From Monocercomonoides exilis PA203 (taxonomy: Eukaryota; Protista; Preaxostyla), in the NCBI GenBank assembly GCA_001643675.2, contig LSRY02000078.1:1-64000 (forward strand): DNA of 64,000 nt, written 5' to 3'. This document shows, one piece after another, positions 36,498 to 50,325 of the stretch. The first letter of the stretch is position 1, and each line of letters starts with the position of its first letter. The translations under genes and the position numbers were made by a program. The notes below the pieces were generated by a model. That model worked only from the letters and a program-made list of their open reading frames with translations, searched no databases and was not told the origin of the DNA.

Positions 36498-39400
36498 AAT
36501 AATAAAATTTATTCATATCAGCTTTCTTCTTCTTCTTCTTCTTCTTTGTTTATGCTTCTTCTTCTCCATCATCATCTTCTTCTTCTTCTCCTTGTTTTGC
36601 CTCTTCTCTTCTCTTCTCTTCTCTTTCTTCGCATTCTTCCTCTTTATACTGGCTCCTCTGCCTGTTCCTCCTCCTCTTCCTCCACTGCTGCTGCTGCTGT
36701 TATTGTTCCTCACTTCTTCGATCTCTGCCGCCTTCTGCAGCAGCAAATACGAGTCGTCCATCGCATGCTTCATCTCAGTTTCCTCAAAAAGCGTCAGCAG
36801 CAGATGCATCATGCGGACGAGGAGCGTCGGCGAGAGAGAAGAAGAGCAGACAGGAGAGGCTAATAGGATGTTGGAGGAGGAGAAGGAGGAAAAAGCAGAA
36901 GAAGAAGAGGAAAAGATAGACAGAACAAAAAAGGAAGAAAGTGAGAAAGAGGAAGAGGAGGATGATGATGATGAGATAGAGGAAGAGGAGAGGAAGAGGA
37001 GCAAGAGCTGATAGTTTTAGACAACGAAGATGCCTTCCTGGAGTTAGAAGAAGATGAAAATGATGAGGAAAAAGAACAAGAACAAGAAAAGGAAAAAGAA
37101 GAAGAGGCAGCGGTTGAAGAAATCGAGCAAACACGAAAATGCGCTGTCAATCGGAGACACAGGGAAGAGCAAAAAGATAAACACTATCAAACCTCAACAA
37201 GAAAACAGAGATAAAAATACAGAAAAGAACAACAAAAGAACAAAAAGTCGAAAATTCAGTGGAAAATGTTGAAAAGGGCACAAATAAGATAGCGAAAGCA
37301 TCAACATCAACAAAATAAGAACAAAAACAAGCAGAAGCACATCCAGTTTCTTCAAGCAGTGATATTCCACAAAGCAATTCAACATTATCATCTTCATTTC
37401 CCTTCTTCCTCCACCTCCTCCTCCTTCCTCATCTTCATCTTTTTCATTGTAAATGTTTTTGATCTCTCTGAAACAACCCAATTTCTCCTTCCTCCTAAAA
37501 TTATCCATTTACATCGATGAATATCTCAGAAATACATTAATAAAACAAAATAGCAGCAAACCATCAAGACATACTTGAAATCAGCCTTCAAAGTCACCTC
37601 GCGATGCAGCCAAATGTCTCCTCCTCCGAATCTCCACAAATCCACCATTTCCATTTGCTTCTTCAAAATCCAACAATTTTTGAGGTGAATTTGTCAATAA
37701 TCAATTTCTGGAGTCTTCCCTCCAAAAAACACTTCAATTTTCCGAGTTTTCTGCAAAGAAAGTGAGGCGCATGCTTTCCTTTCAATTCTGTCCCTTTCGG
37801 CACAAAACAAAAACCATTTTTCAAAAATTCTGCCCACATCCAACACCTGCACAACGCCTTTATCCTGCACAGTCTGCAAAAGGAAATTGCTTCGATTCTG
37901 ATCATTCCACTCAAAAAAAGCAGATGATTCTTGAATTATCTTCATTCGTTTCCTTTTTGATATCCAATGAAGAGGTTCAAATACTTTCCATTGCTCCATG
38001 CGCTTCTTCATTTCTAAGCCTCGGATCAATCAGCTCCTGTTTGTTTATTTGCAAGTAACATAAAAAAAAGAAAAGCATAAAAGATTATTTTGGTTGATGT
38101 GTTTTATTTGCAATAAAAAATCATATCAGAAACAAGAACGTGAGGCATCGGAAACTGCAATAAAATAAACTGGCCAAATAAAAACATCAAGCGGAGCCAG
38201 AAACTGCGAAAATTATGAGATACTTGTGTTTTTCGAACAAAAATAAAAAAAAAATAAAAATTAAAAATTAAAAATAAATATGATCCTGCAGAACATGAAA
38301 ATAAATCAGTTCATTCGAATGCCTCAACGGCTTCATCGAATGGAGTTTTTGTCTTCAAGAAATGCGTGCCATAAATATTTGAACTGTTTGTTTCCCATCA
38401 TCCTGGCAGCTCTGCTCCAGCAAATCTTCTCTGCTTTGCAGCTCTTGTCCATCAATCCATCTGCATCCTTCGGCATGAAATCATAAAGCACACGCTGTGA
38501 ACAGCTGCGCTTCAATCCAACGGATCCTGTGCGAGGGGCCATTGCCCTTCCGTTTTTGGCGCCAATTCAGGTGTCACATCCCTCCCTTTTGCATGTTCAA
38601 CCCAATTCACAGCTGCTGCTCCTTTGCCCCTCTGCCCCTCTGCCCCTCTGCCCGCTTCCATTCTGCTTCCCCTCACGCTTGAGCATTTTTAAATGTTATG
38701 TCGGTTGTTTGCTGCCAACATCAACTTTTTTTTCCTTTCTTTCTATTTTTGCAAATAATTAATCAGATCAAATCTGGCTAAAAATTTTGATATGGGCGCT
38801 TATTTTGATCCTGAAATAAACTGCTCAGATAACATGCATGTTTGCCTCCCAATTGCTGATTTCTCGTGTGGGCAGATGAGCACCGAAAATGGAAGCGAAA
38901 AATCAAATGATCGAAAACAATTGCAAAACACTTTGGAACAATGGAAGACTCTAATCAACAATTTGACAGACATAGCAAGGCGCCCCATTTGAATTTCTCT
39001 GAACTTGGAAGCAGACATTGTTTTGATTGGCCAATGAACGTTCGTCTCTTGGCTTTTGGAGATGATTGCAGCACTTGTGCAAGCTTGCATGAGCAACGAG
39101 AATACAAGTCAGCGGTTGGTGTGAATGCTTTTGATAACTGTTTGCTCCATTTCAATGAAAATTCCTTGAATGAACAAACAAATTTTGTTTTTGGACTGTC
39201 TTTCCTTCAATTAAAAATAGAAAACCAGAAAAATTAAAGAAAGATGCTTTGCCTTTGTTGCAGGGAACAACAATTCAGCCCCGAATTCTGTTTTTGCAAA
39301 AGGCAATGGCGAAAACAATACCTGACTCGAGAAATCCCCCAAAATCCTCTGAATTCATCTCTTCAGCACGCATAATCCATTCGCAACAACATCTGCATGC

Positions 39401-41489
39401 CAGTTCAGACTTGTTTTTGTGTTCTCCACCCTTCCTTCTCTCGCTCATCATCCTCTTTTGCCGTCAAGTTCCGCGCCCACAGATGCCTCTCTTCTGCTTC
39501 AACCTCTATCAATGCCATCGAAATTTCTCATGCTTCCCTCTTCATGCTCCGAATTGCTGCGCTCTAGAGGACACTCTTTCCGAGCTCTGGTGCTGACGAA
39601 GAAGGCGATAAAGCGATGGACAAATCAGGCTAAGAAATCAATGGCTTTCAAATGATCATATTTTCTTTGATTTCTGTCATTGCGTTTTTTGTCACATTGT
39701 TGCTTGTTTCGGGCTGTGAAAGAGGCATCAAGCGTATTAACGATTCCATCGCATGCGCCTCCCTCGGCATCTCATCTAATCGCTGCTTCTTCCAGTGACA
39801 CTGGAAGTACACTCGGCGATGGGCTTCTTGTTGCTCCTCGATCGCTCTCCAGGTGCAGCGCATCAATCGGCCAGCACGACACGCCGAATAGTGTTACTGA
39901 AGACGAAGAAAGCGAGTTCGTCTCAATCATGCTCATCGTCCTTCCTCTCTCCACAACTTTCATCTTCTTCTCTCCCAGCACTAGCTGTTTTCTTCTTCGC
40001 CTCCGCGCCTCCTGCCGAGTATTGTAGTTATCGACGCCACCTGTTTCATGCTCGCCACTACCACTGCCACGCCCAGGCATGACCCTGACTCGCTCTTCAA
40101 ACGAATCTCCTTCGTGGCATTCCCGTAATCCTCTGCTCATGCCGATCTCTCTTCTCCTTTATGCGCTATCTGCCCCTTCTTTTTGTATTTCCTGAAGAAC
40201 TCTATTCCAATGAAAGCTTCGCTCCCATTTCATCGGAATCTGAGATGTGCTCCTTCTGGAACAAATCACTTTATTCAAAATGTTTGTACCTTTCATTCAG
40301 GTGCACACAACGATCGAAGGGATGGTTGGCCAACCATCGTCACTCGCAAAAGAAAATAGAATGTACACCAAGTCTGTCGCAGAGAGATGTTTGCTTATCT
40401 GGCTCCATATTCAATCCTCCTTGCCTTGCAGATGCTGAGCAATGAAAAAGGAGAAAGTGAATAGCCACAGCTGTGAATGCTGCTGGAACACTTTGGCAAA
40501 TCATCTTTCTGGCGCCAGAATTTGTCATTGGACACAAAATGGGATTGCAGTTGAGCTGTCACTGATTATTGCCTTCTTTCTTTTCTGCTCCCACATGTCC
40601 TGATCGTGACGCTTCAAAATCATTCAGAGATGAAGATCCTCCAGCATTTCTTGCCTCATAATCATTGGGTTCGCATCACCTTATCTTCGCGCACAATGGA
40701 GTTATCTTGTCGGAATATCCCCTCCTTTATGTGTTCATTTCCCATTACAATTCGCCAACTGAAGACGATAAATCAACTGATAGATGTCACAACAAACAGA
40801 AAATGACTTCTTTGCCAGTGCACCAACGATTGAAATTGCAATTTGAAATCAATAGAGAGAATGATGACAAACCAGAAATGATTATTGCTCTTCCATTCAA
40901 GGCTCATTCTGTTAAAACATCATTTTCTTTTCATCTTTGGATTATATTTTTCTTTTGCTATTTATTTTTAAATACAAATTTCCACATCCTTTGTATTTCT
41001 TCAATACATTATAAAAGTGCATTTGTATCCATTATCTCCGTTGATGCTGCTCGTTTTTAATATTCACATAAACGTTATTCGCTAAATATTCACATGTCTG
41101 CATAAAGGAAGGATATCTCCTTTTTTTGTGTTAAAAGAGCAATGAATAACAGTTTTTTCTGTCTGATTGACAATAATTAAATGGACTTGATTTGTGGAAC
41201 AGTCTTCTCAAGCTGATGATGGAGCTCAAAGAGTGCCGAAACATGTTCCATACTCGATCTTGCTCCAATTTCTGTGTTTCAACGAGCTTTCAAAAATGAT
41301 ACTTCTTCTCTCATTGAAATCAATGCGGGTGTTATGAACATTGCATTGTGCATATTCTCTGACTGCTGCTTTTTCTGCAAGAATTACGGATTTTGCAATG
41401 GGACTGGATTAATTCTTAACGCCCAAAATAAAAGAATCCATTCAAACAGTAATATGGGAGTGAATAAATATTTGAGTTAGTCATTGAAA

Positions 41490-43830
41490 ATGTCTCTTAT
41501 AGATCATATGGCAGATGAGAAAGCGAATGGAGGGAAGGTGAAGTTCTCGCAAGAAGACTTCTTGTATATTTTGAAAGAGTTTTACAAGAGATGTTGCAAT
41601 TGCGGATCAGGCAAAAACATGGCGATCGTTCTTGGAAGGAGCCAGGTTGGAAAAAGTACCATGATAAACAAATTACGCGGAGTGGAAATGGAAGAGGATG
41701 ACAATGGAGATTTGGTAGTGAAAACAAAAGTGGAGGATATGGCTAAAATGGGAAAAGGAATTGAGCCAGAGACCATCATTCCAGAATCATATGGATTAAA
41801 TGAAAAGGTTATCTTGTTAGATACTCGAGGCTTTCTTGGATCAGAGGTGGATGTCAAAGAAGAAGTTGTCAGTATGCTTTTATTACAGTTTTTCCAGAGA
41901 AATGCATCAAAAGTGATGATTGCGTATATTTCTCAATATGAAAACTACTACAATTTGACAAATGCATATGATGATATGATGTTCATTAACCAGATATGCA
42001 AAAACAAGGAGTTTCCAGTTGTGTTCGTTGCCAACAAATGCAAGGAACTTTGGCTGCATAAAATGAAAATTCAGCAAAAGGAAACATCAGAAATTATAGA
42101 GAAGGTTCAAGGAAGTTTGATTGGAAAATTTACAGAACTGGAAAAACAACAGTGGATAAAATCGAAAAGAAGTTTCCGGAAATTAAAGCAGCACAATCTC
42201 TCGAACAAATAATTGGAATTCTTCTGCAAAAAGCGAAAGGAGCAACAGGTGTGCAAGGAGAGGAAATCAGGAGAAGCTTGAATCAACTTCAGACACTTCT
42301 TGTGTGGAAGAAGGCTCACGCTAATGGCAGACTAATATACTATGATCCGACACTCGACGGATCTGAGGAACCAATTAAAGACGAGATTAAAAATTTAAAT
42401 AACTATAAGAGTCCCAATGATGTCAATCTTGACCGATGCACACCATCTTATTACTGGTTTATGGACTCTGCATCATCGATGGCGAGCAAGCTATATTGGC
42501 TTGTATTAGCCAAGAGGGGGAGAGTTCAAGTGCCGAATATGCTTCAAGAGATAATAGAGGCGTGCAAGGATTTTGCAAAAGATTCGGAAAAGTTGTATTC
42601 AGAAGTGAGCGACGATGTTGAGGAATTGGAGGATAAGCTGAGAAACATCACTTTTGAATCAGAAGAATCAATCGAAACAAAAATCAAAAATCAAGAAAAC
42701 ACTATCAGGCAATGCAATGATGATGTTGTCGAATATCAAAAAGGATCAATGAACTAGATCAACCTGAAACCGTGAAATTTGACACAATTGAATTCTGTGA
42801 ATTTGACAATTATGCATCAAATGAAGTTGTCATAGAGAGACCAATCAATGTTCCAAATGCCACTTGCTTTTTCACTGCTGGAAATAAATACACATACAAC
42901 GACAAGGAAGAACAAGAAGTTTGCATCAAAGATGGGGTCTTGAGAGGAGTTTTCAAAGCACCAAAAGCATTAAGGCATGCTCTTAATGTTGTTGGAGCTG
43001 TGGTGGGATTAGGAATTCCAACAGCATTTTTAAACGATTCAAGTGTCTGTGAAGGGAAAATTGATCTGTTTGCCCCAAAGCGTGATATTCCTTCAAATAG
43101 ACAGAAGATACAAGAATATCAGATCAAAGTGAAAGAGTGCGAAAACAGAAAAGAGGAATGTGGAATAAGTATTGATACATTGAAAAGAGAATTAGATATG
43201 GTCCAAAAACGTAACGACAGGAAAAAGGATGAGATAAACACAAATGAAAAAAAGAAGAGGGATATGGAGGAGCGGATAGAATATTTGAAAAATGAGGAGG
43301 AGAAATGGATCAACAGGAGTTCAAGGTTGCAAAAATGTTTAGAGTTTTGCAGGGAATGCGATGAACAATGGGAAAATAATAATAAAATCATCGAACAAAT
43401 GTATCTCTTCTCTTGTTTTCATATTCCAAAAGAATATGTCGAAGAAGTTAGAAAAGGAAATTTTGAACAATTTTCTCCATCTTCTTCAATGTTTCAATCG
43501 TCTTCAGCGACTCCATCTGCACTCAGCGCATCAGCGAGTAGACAAGCAGGGATGGAGTCTTCATTGTCGAGGAGCGAAGCCAAATGGCAAGAAAAACAAC
43601 AGAATTTCTTGCATTTGAGTCAAAATGATGAGAATAAGAGGATGCTTGCGAGGTTCGTTGTTGCGATGGAGGACATTGATTCAGAGACCAAAAAACGCAA
43701 ATCTTTTCTTTTAGAAAGAGATGGAAAATATGATCCAAAGCTTGTTTCAGATGCAATTGATGAGATATTCCTCATATGGAATCAAATGTTTGAATGCAAA
43801 GGGTATTTGGAAAAATATTTAGAAAATTAA
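41490..43830 (+). CDS. Mirror copy of the P-loop GTPase/coiled-coil gene
   Basis: ORFs 41484-42212, 42152-42757 and 42772-43830 join with +1 A at ~42146 and ~42742. The second correction is directly supported by the left arm (6 A versus 5). Confidence 0.78.
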
Positions 43831-43960
43831 AAATTGAGGATTTCGATTGATTTGTCCTTATCATTATATATATATAATATTGTTAATAATTTCTTTAGAA
43901 ATCACACAATAAAAATAAGATTCATTTCTTGTTTTGTTTAACAATTATCACTCCTGTTTT

Positions 43961-44140
<180 letters not shown>

Positions 44141-47100
44141 GTTTGTATAATTTCATTTTAATCATTCCTTTTATCACATATACGAACGTTGTAGTTTTCT
44201 TTAATGTAGAACTTTTTTGAAATCATTATTTTCCAAAAAATAAATTAAATTTTTTATTGAAACAAAAATCATCATGTTCCGAAACAAAACAAGGAAAGTA
44301 ATAATTTTTGTGCATTATTATTTTTGCATTATTAATTTATTGTGTGAAATGTTACAAAACATTGAACACTTTTGTTTTAATGAATAATGCTCAAAACATT
44401 TCGAAACAATAATTAATAAAGCACTCTTTTTTGGGATCTGAAATTTCTAATTACAGAGTGCACTTTTAAATAGCCTGGGGTGGCGTGCTGACTTCTGATG
44501 TGAACTTTTTGACTTTTAACGGACGTGATAGATTTTTCCGTGTCACAAAAAATTAACATTAATGTAAATTGAACGGTTTAATGATGAAGAATAATTTTTT
44601 TTAAAAATTACAACTATAAGGTTGATTTTTTTATTTTATTTTTTTTTTTATTATTTTTTTTTTTTATGGGTAATTCTTTTTGAAAAGTCGCAAATGTTAA
44701 ATTTTCAAATAAATAAAAATTTTCTAATTTTTCTCAAAATATTGTTGACATACACCAAACTTCATAAATATGTAATCTATTTCTTGATAATGCTATTTCA
44801 TACTTTCTTAAGAAGATTCGTGAGCAGGAACAGAAATTTGATCAAAATATGAAATTTTTGTTTAATATAAAAATTAAACATTTGCGACTTTTCGAAATAA
44901 ATTACTCATATCTTTAGGTATAAACTGTAAAACAACGTTCTTGAAAAAGAATAAAATAAGATCTGTTGAAAACTTTAAAAATAAAATGAACGCACACAAT
45001 TTTCGAAAACTCACATTGAAAAAATATAAAAGCATAACAAGATTTTTATCAAATATGGGTCATTCTTTTATGAAAAGTCGCAAACATTTAACTGATCTGA
45101 AATTAAGATCAAAAATGATCATTAAATGTCGATCATTCTTTACCATCATATATTGCTGAGTATTAATCTTTTCAGTTTTGTCACCATATCCCCGAATATT
45201 ACGTTTCAAAAAAACTGATTTCACATATTATTTTCACTGTCAAATCATATCAATATTATTAAATTTTGTTTTTCTTGTATTTTGTAGCAACTTAATAATT
45301 TGTTCATATTTCTTTGTTTTCATTTCAACTGTTCATATAAACATTTGAATTTTTTGAATTTTGACTCCACAATTATTCTTTTCCTATTTTATAAAACAAA
45401 TAGATTTTAATTTGCTTTAATTTGAGTATTTTGAAAAAAAATTTTTAAACAGGAAAATTTCATCGATGCCGTCCTCATTGAAATTAAAAGAAATTCAAAA
45501 AGTTGTTAATATTGATCAATTGAAAATGTTATAAAAAATAAATGTAGAATAACATGAAATTTCTCAAAATTAAATGTACTTATATATGAAATTCTTAATT
45601 GAAATGGTATCCCATGTTTTGAATCAAATCATGAATCATATCTTAAATAGTTTTCAACTTTTCATTTTCTTTTTTGCTTATCTTTTTGTTCTCATTTCAA
45701 TTCCCTTCCAAAAGAAATTCTGTTCCTTCTTTTCCATCAAATCAAAATAGATGAGATTTCGGCGATGATTGAAATTTATAATTTGAACATGGACTTTGCG
45801 CTTGTGACACAAAAGGCGCTGCAATTTTGTGTGATGAGTTGTATCAAAAAGCCTTTTGTGGGAAGTGCAACGATGCAGTTGCCTCTTTTCTCATCGCCAT
45901 TAAAATTCTTTATCTTATTAAACTGGAGCAGCTCTCCAGTCAGTTTCTCCATTCTGGAGAAGGAGAAACAAGGAGAAGAAAGCTGCAGGAGATGATAAAT
46001 CATCTTCATCTTTGCCTTCGTCATCAGCGCCTGCGGTTGTTCCTTCGGATGCATCGTCAGTGGAGGCGTCATACATGTCGGCAGCAGCGACGAACGAAAT
46101 TGAGAGGTGGCTACGGATAGTTGTGAAGAAAGCAGCTGAGCTGCGAAAGCTGCATGGTTATGAAGCTGTCGCTGCTCCTGTTGCTGTGGATGTTGCACAT
46201 GCCGCGAGGTTTCAATGTTGGCTTGCTGCGCTCTGCTGAACAGAACGTGCTGTGTCCGCTCAATGCGTGATGCTTTCCATTCCACTTCTTGCTCTTCTCC
46301 CGTTTCTTGAGGACTTGCCGAGAAAGAATTCGTCGAAGAAGCAGTTATTAACAGCGGTTGATGTGGTTGCGTTCCTGCCAATCTGCAATCCGCCTGATCC
46401 ATCGCTGGCTTCATTGGCCATTGAATGGCTGTAGAACCGATAGAAGCAATCGAAGAATGGGAGCGACGAAGCTGGAGAGCAAAATGAGGAGGGGAATGGT
46501 TGAAGTGCGCCAAGTGTGAGAGATTGTGTAGAAGACGTGGAGGGTGTGGTGAAGAGGATGAAGGATGAAGGATGGAAGATGTGGTTCTGTCGCCTGCAGT
46601 GATAGTGCTGCATTTGCTGGATGAAAGAAAAGAAGAAGAAGAAGAAGTTTAAAAAGGAAAAAGGCAAATCAGATGAGCTGGCTGACAGAGCAGATGAAGG
46701 AGAAGGCCAATATCATCTGGATGAATCGGAAAGATTCTGGAGCTGAGCGAGAAGCACAACTCAGAGGTGAAGGAGGTGAAGGAGCATCTGGTGACGATGA
46801 AGGAGAAGGTGGAACTGATTTATATGAGGATTGAGAAGTGAAGAATCGATGCGCACAGCAGGTCGTTGTGGTGAGTTGGAACAGCAAGGGGTCGATGCAG
46901 GAAATTGAAGTTTCCCTTTCTACGTTTTCTTTATTAATGTATGCATGTGGACAAATAATTCTGTCTAAGGCTTCGTTGATCCTTCCGTCGGGGCTGTGTG
47001 AAAAGTGCCAGGAGAAGTTTGCAGCGAGCATCGGGGATGGCAGCATTGTGGTAGTTGGGCCAGACCCGAGCAGGAAGGGGGTTGTTGCAAAAGCGAGGAG

Positions 47101-49442
47101 CGGAGTGAGTATTGTGAGTAAAGCAAACAACGATAGTGTATGAGGTGGTAGAAGTAAGGGAACGAGATCTGGGATCAGTAAGAGATCAGAGAAGAAAGGC
47201 GTTGGGACAAATGGTGGTGGTGGTGTTTGTATTGGCTATGAAGGAGGAGTGGATGCAACAGTGCGGTCGAAGATGAACAAGATGGAAAAGGAAACGAAGA
47301 TGCTGATTGCGCTGTTGAATGTGCACATAAAGACTATATGCGAGAAGAAGGGACTGTTCAATGAGGTGATTGCAAAGCAGCAGATGTCTGTTGCTCAAAA
47401 GAAGCAGGAGTAGATGAATATTTAAGCTTCGAATGAAGATATTGCTTTATGAATGCCTGGTTCAGTGAAGAAGCTGGAAGAGAATGTGGTGCAAGTGGAC
47501 TTTGGAGAGAGCAGAGAAGAAAGGACAGAGCAGAAAGGGGGGGAGAGGGAGGGATGGGGCGGGGAGGAGGAGGAGGAGGAGCAGAAGCGGAGGGGGAGAA
47601 TACGAGGAGGCAGAGGAGGTGGAAAAGGCAGAAGAAAAAAGATGCAAGCGCGCTGTATGGGATTCAGCTGTCGCTGCACAACAATCCGAAGAGAGAGCTG
47701 GAGGACTGGATCCCAGCTGGGGCAGAGGCAGGGGCAGGGGCAGGGAAGGCGACTGTTGTGCAGTGGCTGTACATGCTTCTTGAGCAGACGACAGACAGCC
47801 GAGACCGGGAAGAGTTGGAGTGTCCAGTGACTTCGCGTGGTGGAACGGGGGTTGGGCTGTCTGGGGCAAATGGGGTGCCTTTGTAGGCGGTGTCGATGAC
47901 GAGGAGTTATAGATGAGTGCAGTGTCTGGGTCGCTGGAACAAGAAACGTTTTAATCAGCACATGTGCTTCGGGTTCCACACTCGCAGCGGTTGCATGTGC
48001 TGATGCAGCAGTCGCCGATACCGCTGGAGACAGGGCTGCAGTCGTAGCTAATTCGGAAGCTGTCGAGGATCCGTGGGTGATGCGGAAACATTATTTCAGC
48101 AGATCTTTGAATGGGGGTGGGCGTGCAGAGGCAGGAGTTTGGGGACTTTGCGTACATGTGGCTGGGGGAGAAGCAAGCGGTGCAGAAGAATAACTAGGCG
48201 ATGATGTGGGTGGGGATGTATGGGGAAGAACTGTTCCAGAAGGACTTTGCAGAGATGGAACTGTTTGAGAAATTTGTGCGGAAAGAGTAAACTTGAGGTG
48301 AATTGGAGTTTTCCTGGTAATTGAATGGTGTTAGAAGGGGTGTAAGAGAAAAGATGAAAGTGTTTTTTTGTTGTTTGAGGGAATAAAGTCGGTAGAGAAA
48401 TTTTCCGAATTATCTGTGTTTCCATCGTTTTTACTGAATAACTTCAGGGAAGAAGCAGCTTCCGGATGTTTGCGACGAAGCTGACAATTTACAGCCTTTT
48501 GAGCAGTCTTTGAATTATGTGATTGTGAAGGCAGCAAGATGGAGTCGGTCAATTTGGAGTAGGAGTTAAACACAGTATCGAAGGTGACGTGGGAATGGTT
48601 TGTGCTGAAGCTACATGTGTAGATTGTTCTGTTGGTGAAAGAGAAGAAAGAAGGGCGGTAGACGTTGTTCCACATTGTGCGGCTGCCAGGAGTGCTGTTG
48701 GAACTGAAGCTGTGAATGAACAACTCAAAAATAGTTTCCTTCTTTGGTCTTTCTCTAGAGGATGGGCGATGAGTGGTGCAGTTTCTGCAGACGATGGAGT
48801 AGCTGAGGAAGTTAATAGCGAAGCCTTACCAAATTCTTCATTGGTATTGACATTATCCATATCGTATTCTTCTTTTTCCTCTAAACCTTCTTTCTCCTTT
48901 TTCTCTTTTATTCTTTATTAATCGATTTTTGTATTCTCAATTTTTCTTCAAAATTTGATTTTGCTTTATCTACTAACCTCATTTTCCAACCATTTCCTGT
49001 TTCTTTTTACAACAAATTTCTTTCAAAAAATTCTTTGAAATTAACAAATATGTAGTCAACATTGAAAATGTTTTGTTTTCTTTTTGCTTATTTCTGAGCA
49101 AATAATAGTGAAGAAGGTGAAGAAGGTGAAGAAGGTGAAGAAGGTGAAGAAGGTGAAGAAGGTGAAGAAGGTGAAGAAGGTGAAGAAGGTGAAGAAGGTG
49201 AAGAAGGTGAAGAAGGTGAAGAAGGTGAAGAAGGTGAAGAAGGTGAAGAAGAAGAAGAAGAAGAAGAAGGAAATGTTGTTTTGAACAAATAGATATGAAA
49301 AGGTCTAAAATTGGAATGCATAATGAATCAGAAGGAGAAGAAAGAGGAGAAGGAGAAGAGTAAGAAGAAGAGGAGGAAGAGGAAGAAATGGAAGAGGAGG
49401 AAGAGGAAGAAGAAGAGGAAGAGGAAGAGGAAGAATAGGAGG

Positions 49443-50325
49443 AAAAGACAATATTAGAAAAGAAGCTCCTTACGAATTCCTCGAACAGTTGTTGAATGAT
49501 GAATTAACAAAAGAGGTTGCTCCTGAAGTTTTTTCGTTCATGGAAATGATACAGCAATCAGACAGCTTCACTTCATCAGCCACAACACAATTAAATGCAA
49601 CTTCTTTGCAATGACCAATCTCAAATACATTTGACGTTGATTCAATCTGTTCCAGTTTGAAATTTGTGATGTTAATCTCATCTCCATTTAGCAGAAATGA
49701 AGGTTTCTTGAATGAAATCATTGATATTGAGCAGTTGTTAACATGCATAATTCCATTTTCGATGCTCAATAATGTTGAATTGAGAGTAACAGATGGAATG
49801 CTGTTTGACTCCACAACTAAAGAGAAATCAACAATTGAAAGAGAAAGCTGTCCATTTGCTTCATGAATGATAGAACTTCCAGAATAAGAAAACAATTTGC
49901 CAAAGGAAAACTTAACACTTTCGATACGAACTTTCTCTGAGGTTGTGATAAGACTTCCCTCGTTGGTTATTGTGGAGTTCAGATGAACCAAAGCAACTGA
50001 GGGAGATTCTAGTGAGCGGATGATCACATCATGTACATCACATTCCCTATTGATGATCGTCTCCTCTGATATCAGCAGTTGCGAATAACGTGATGGAATG
50101 ATGTGCTAAACTCCCACATTCAATGAGTGGCATGGCGCATTGAATTCTCCACATTGCTTGCTGTCTGTGTGATTTTCAGAAACAGAAGACACAAATATCG
50201 TCTCGTTCTGGTATCTCATAACCCTCAGCAGAAGTTCTTCTTCCCCAACAAACAATTCTGTTGTGACTCCCCAGATTACCATTTCTTTCTTGTCATGTTC
50301 TCTGTTAGTACTGCGAATTTGCCAA
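49443..50325 (-). pseudogene. Mirror copy of the 22648-23530 fragment
   Basis: Identical ORFs at 50106-50369 and 49470-50027. Confidence 0.65.

Noticed and set aside
38792-40603. TGA read-through (Trp or Sec recoding) in a long frame interrupted mostly by TGA
   Set aside because: TAA and TAG also occur, the product has no recognisable domain, and the intact ORFs use TGG for Trp.
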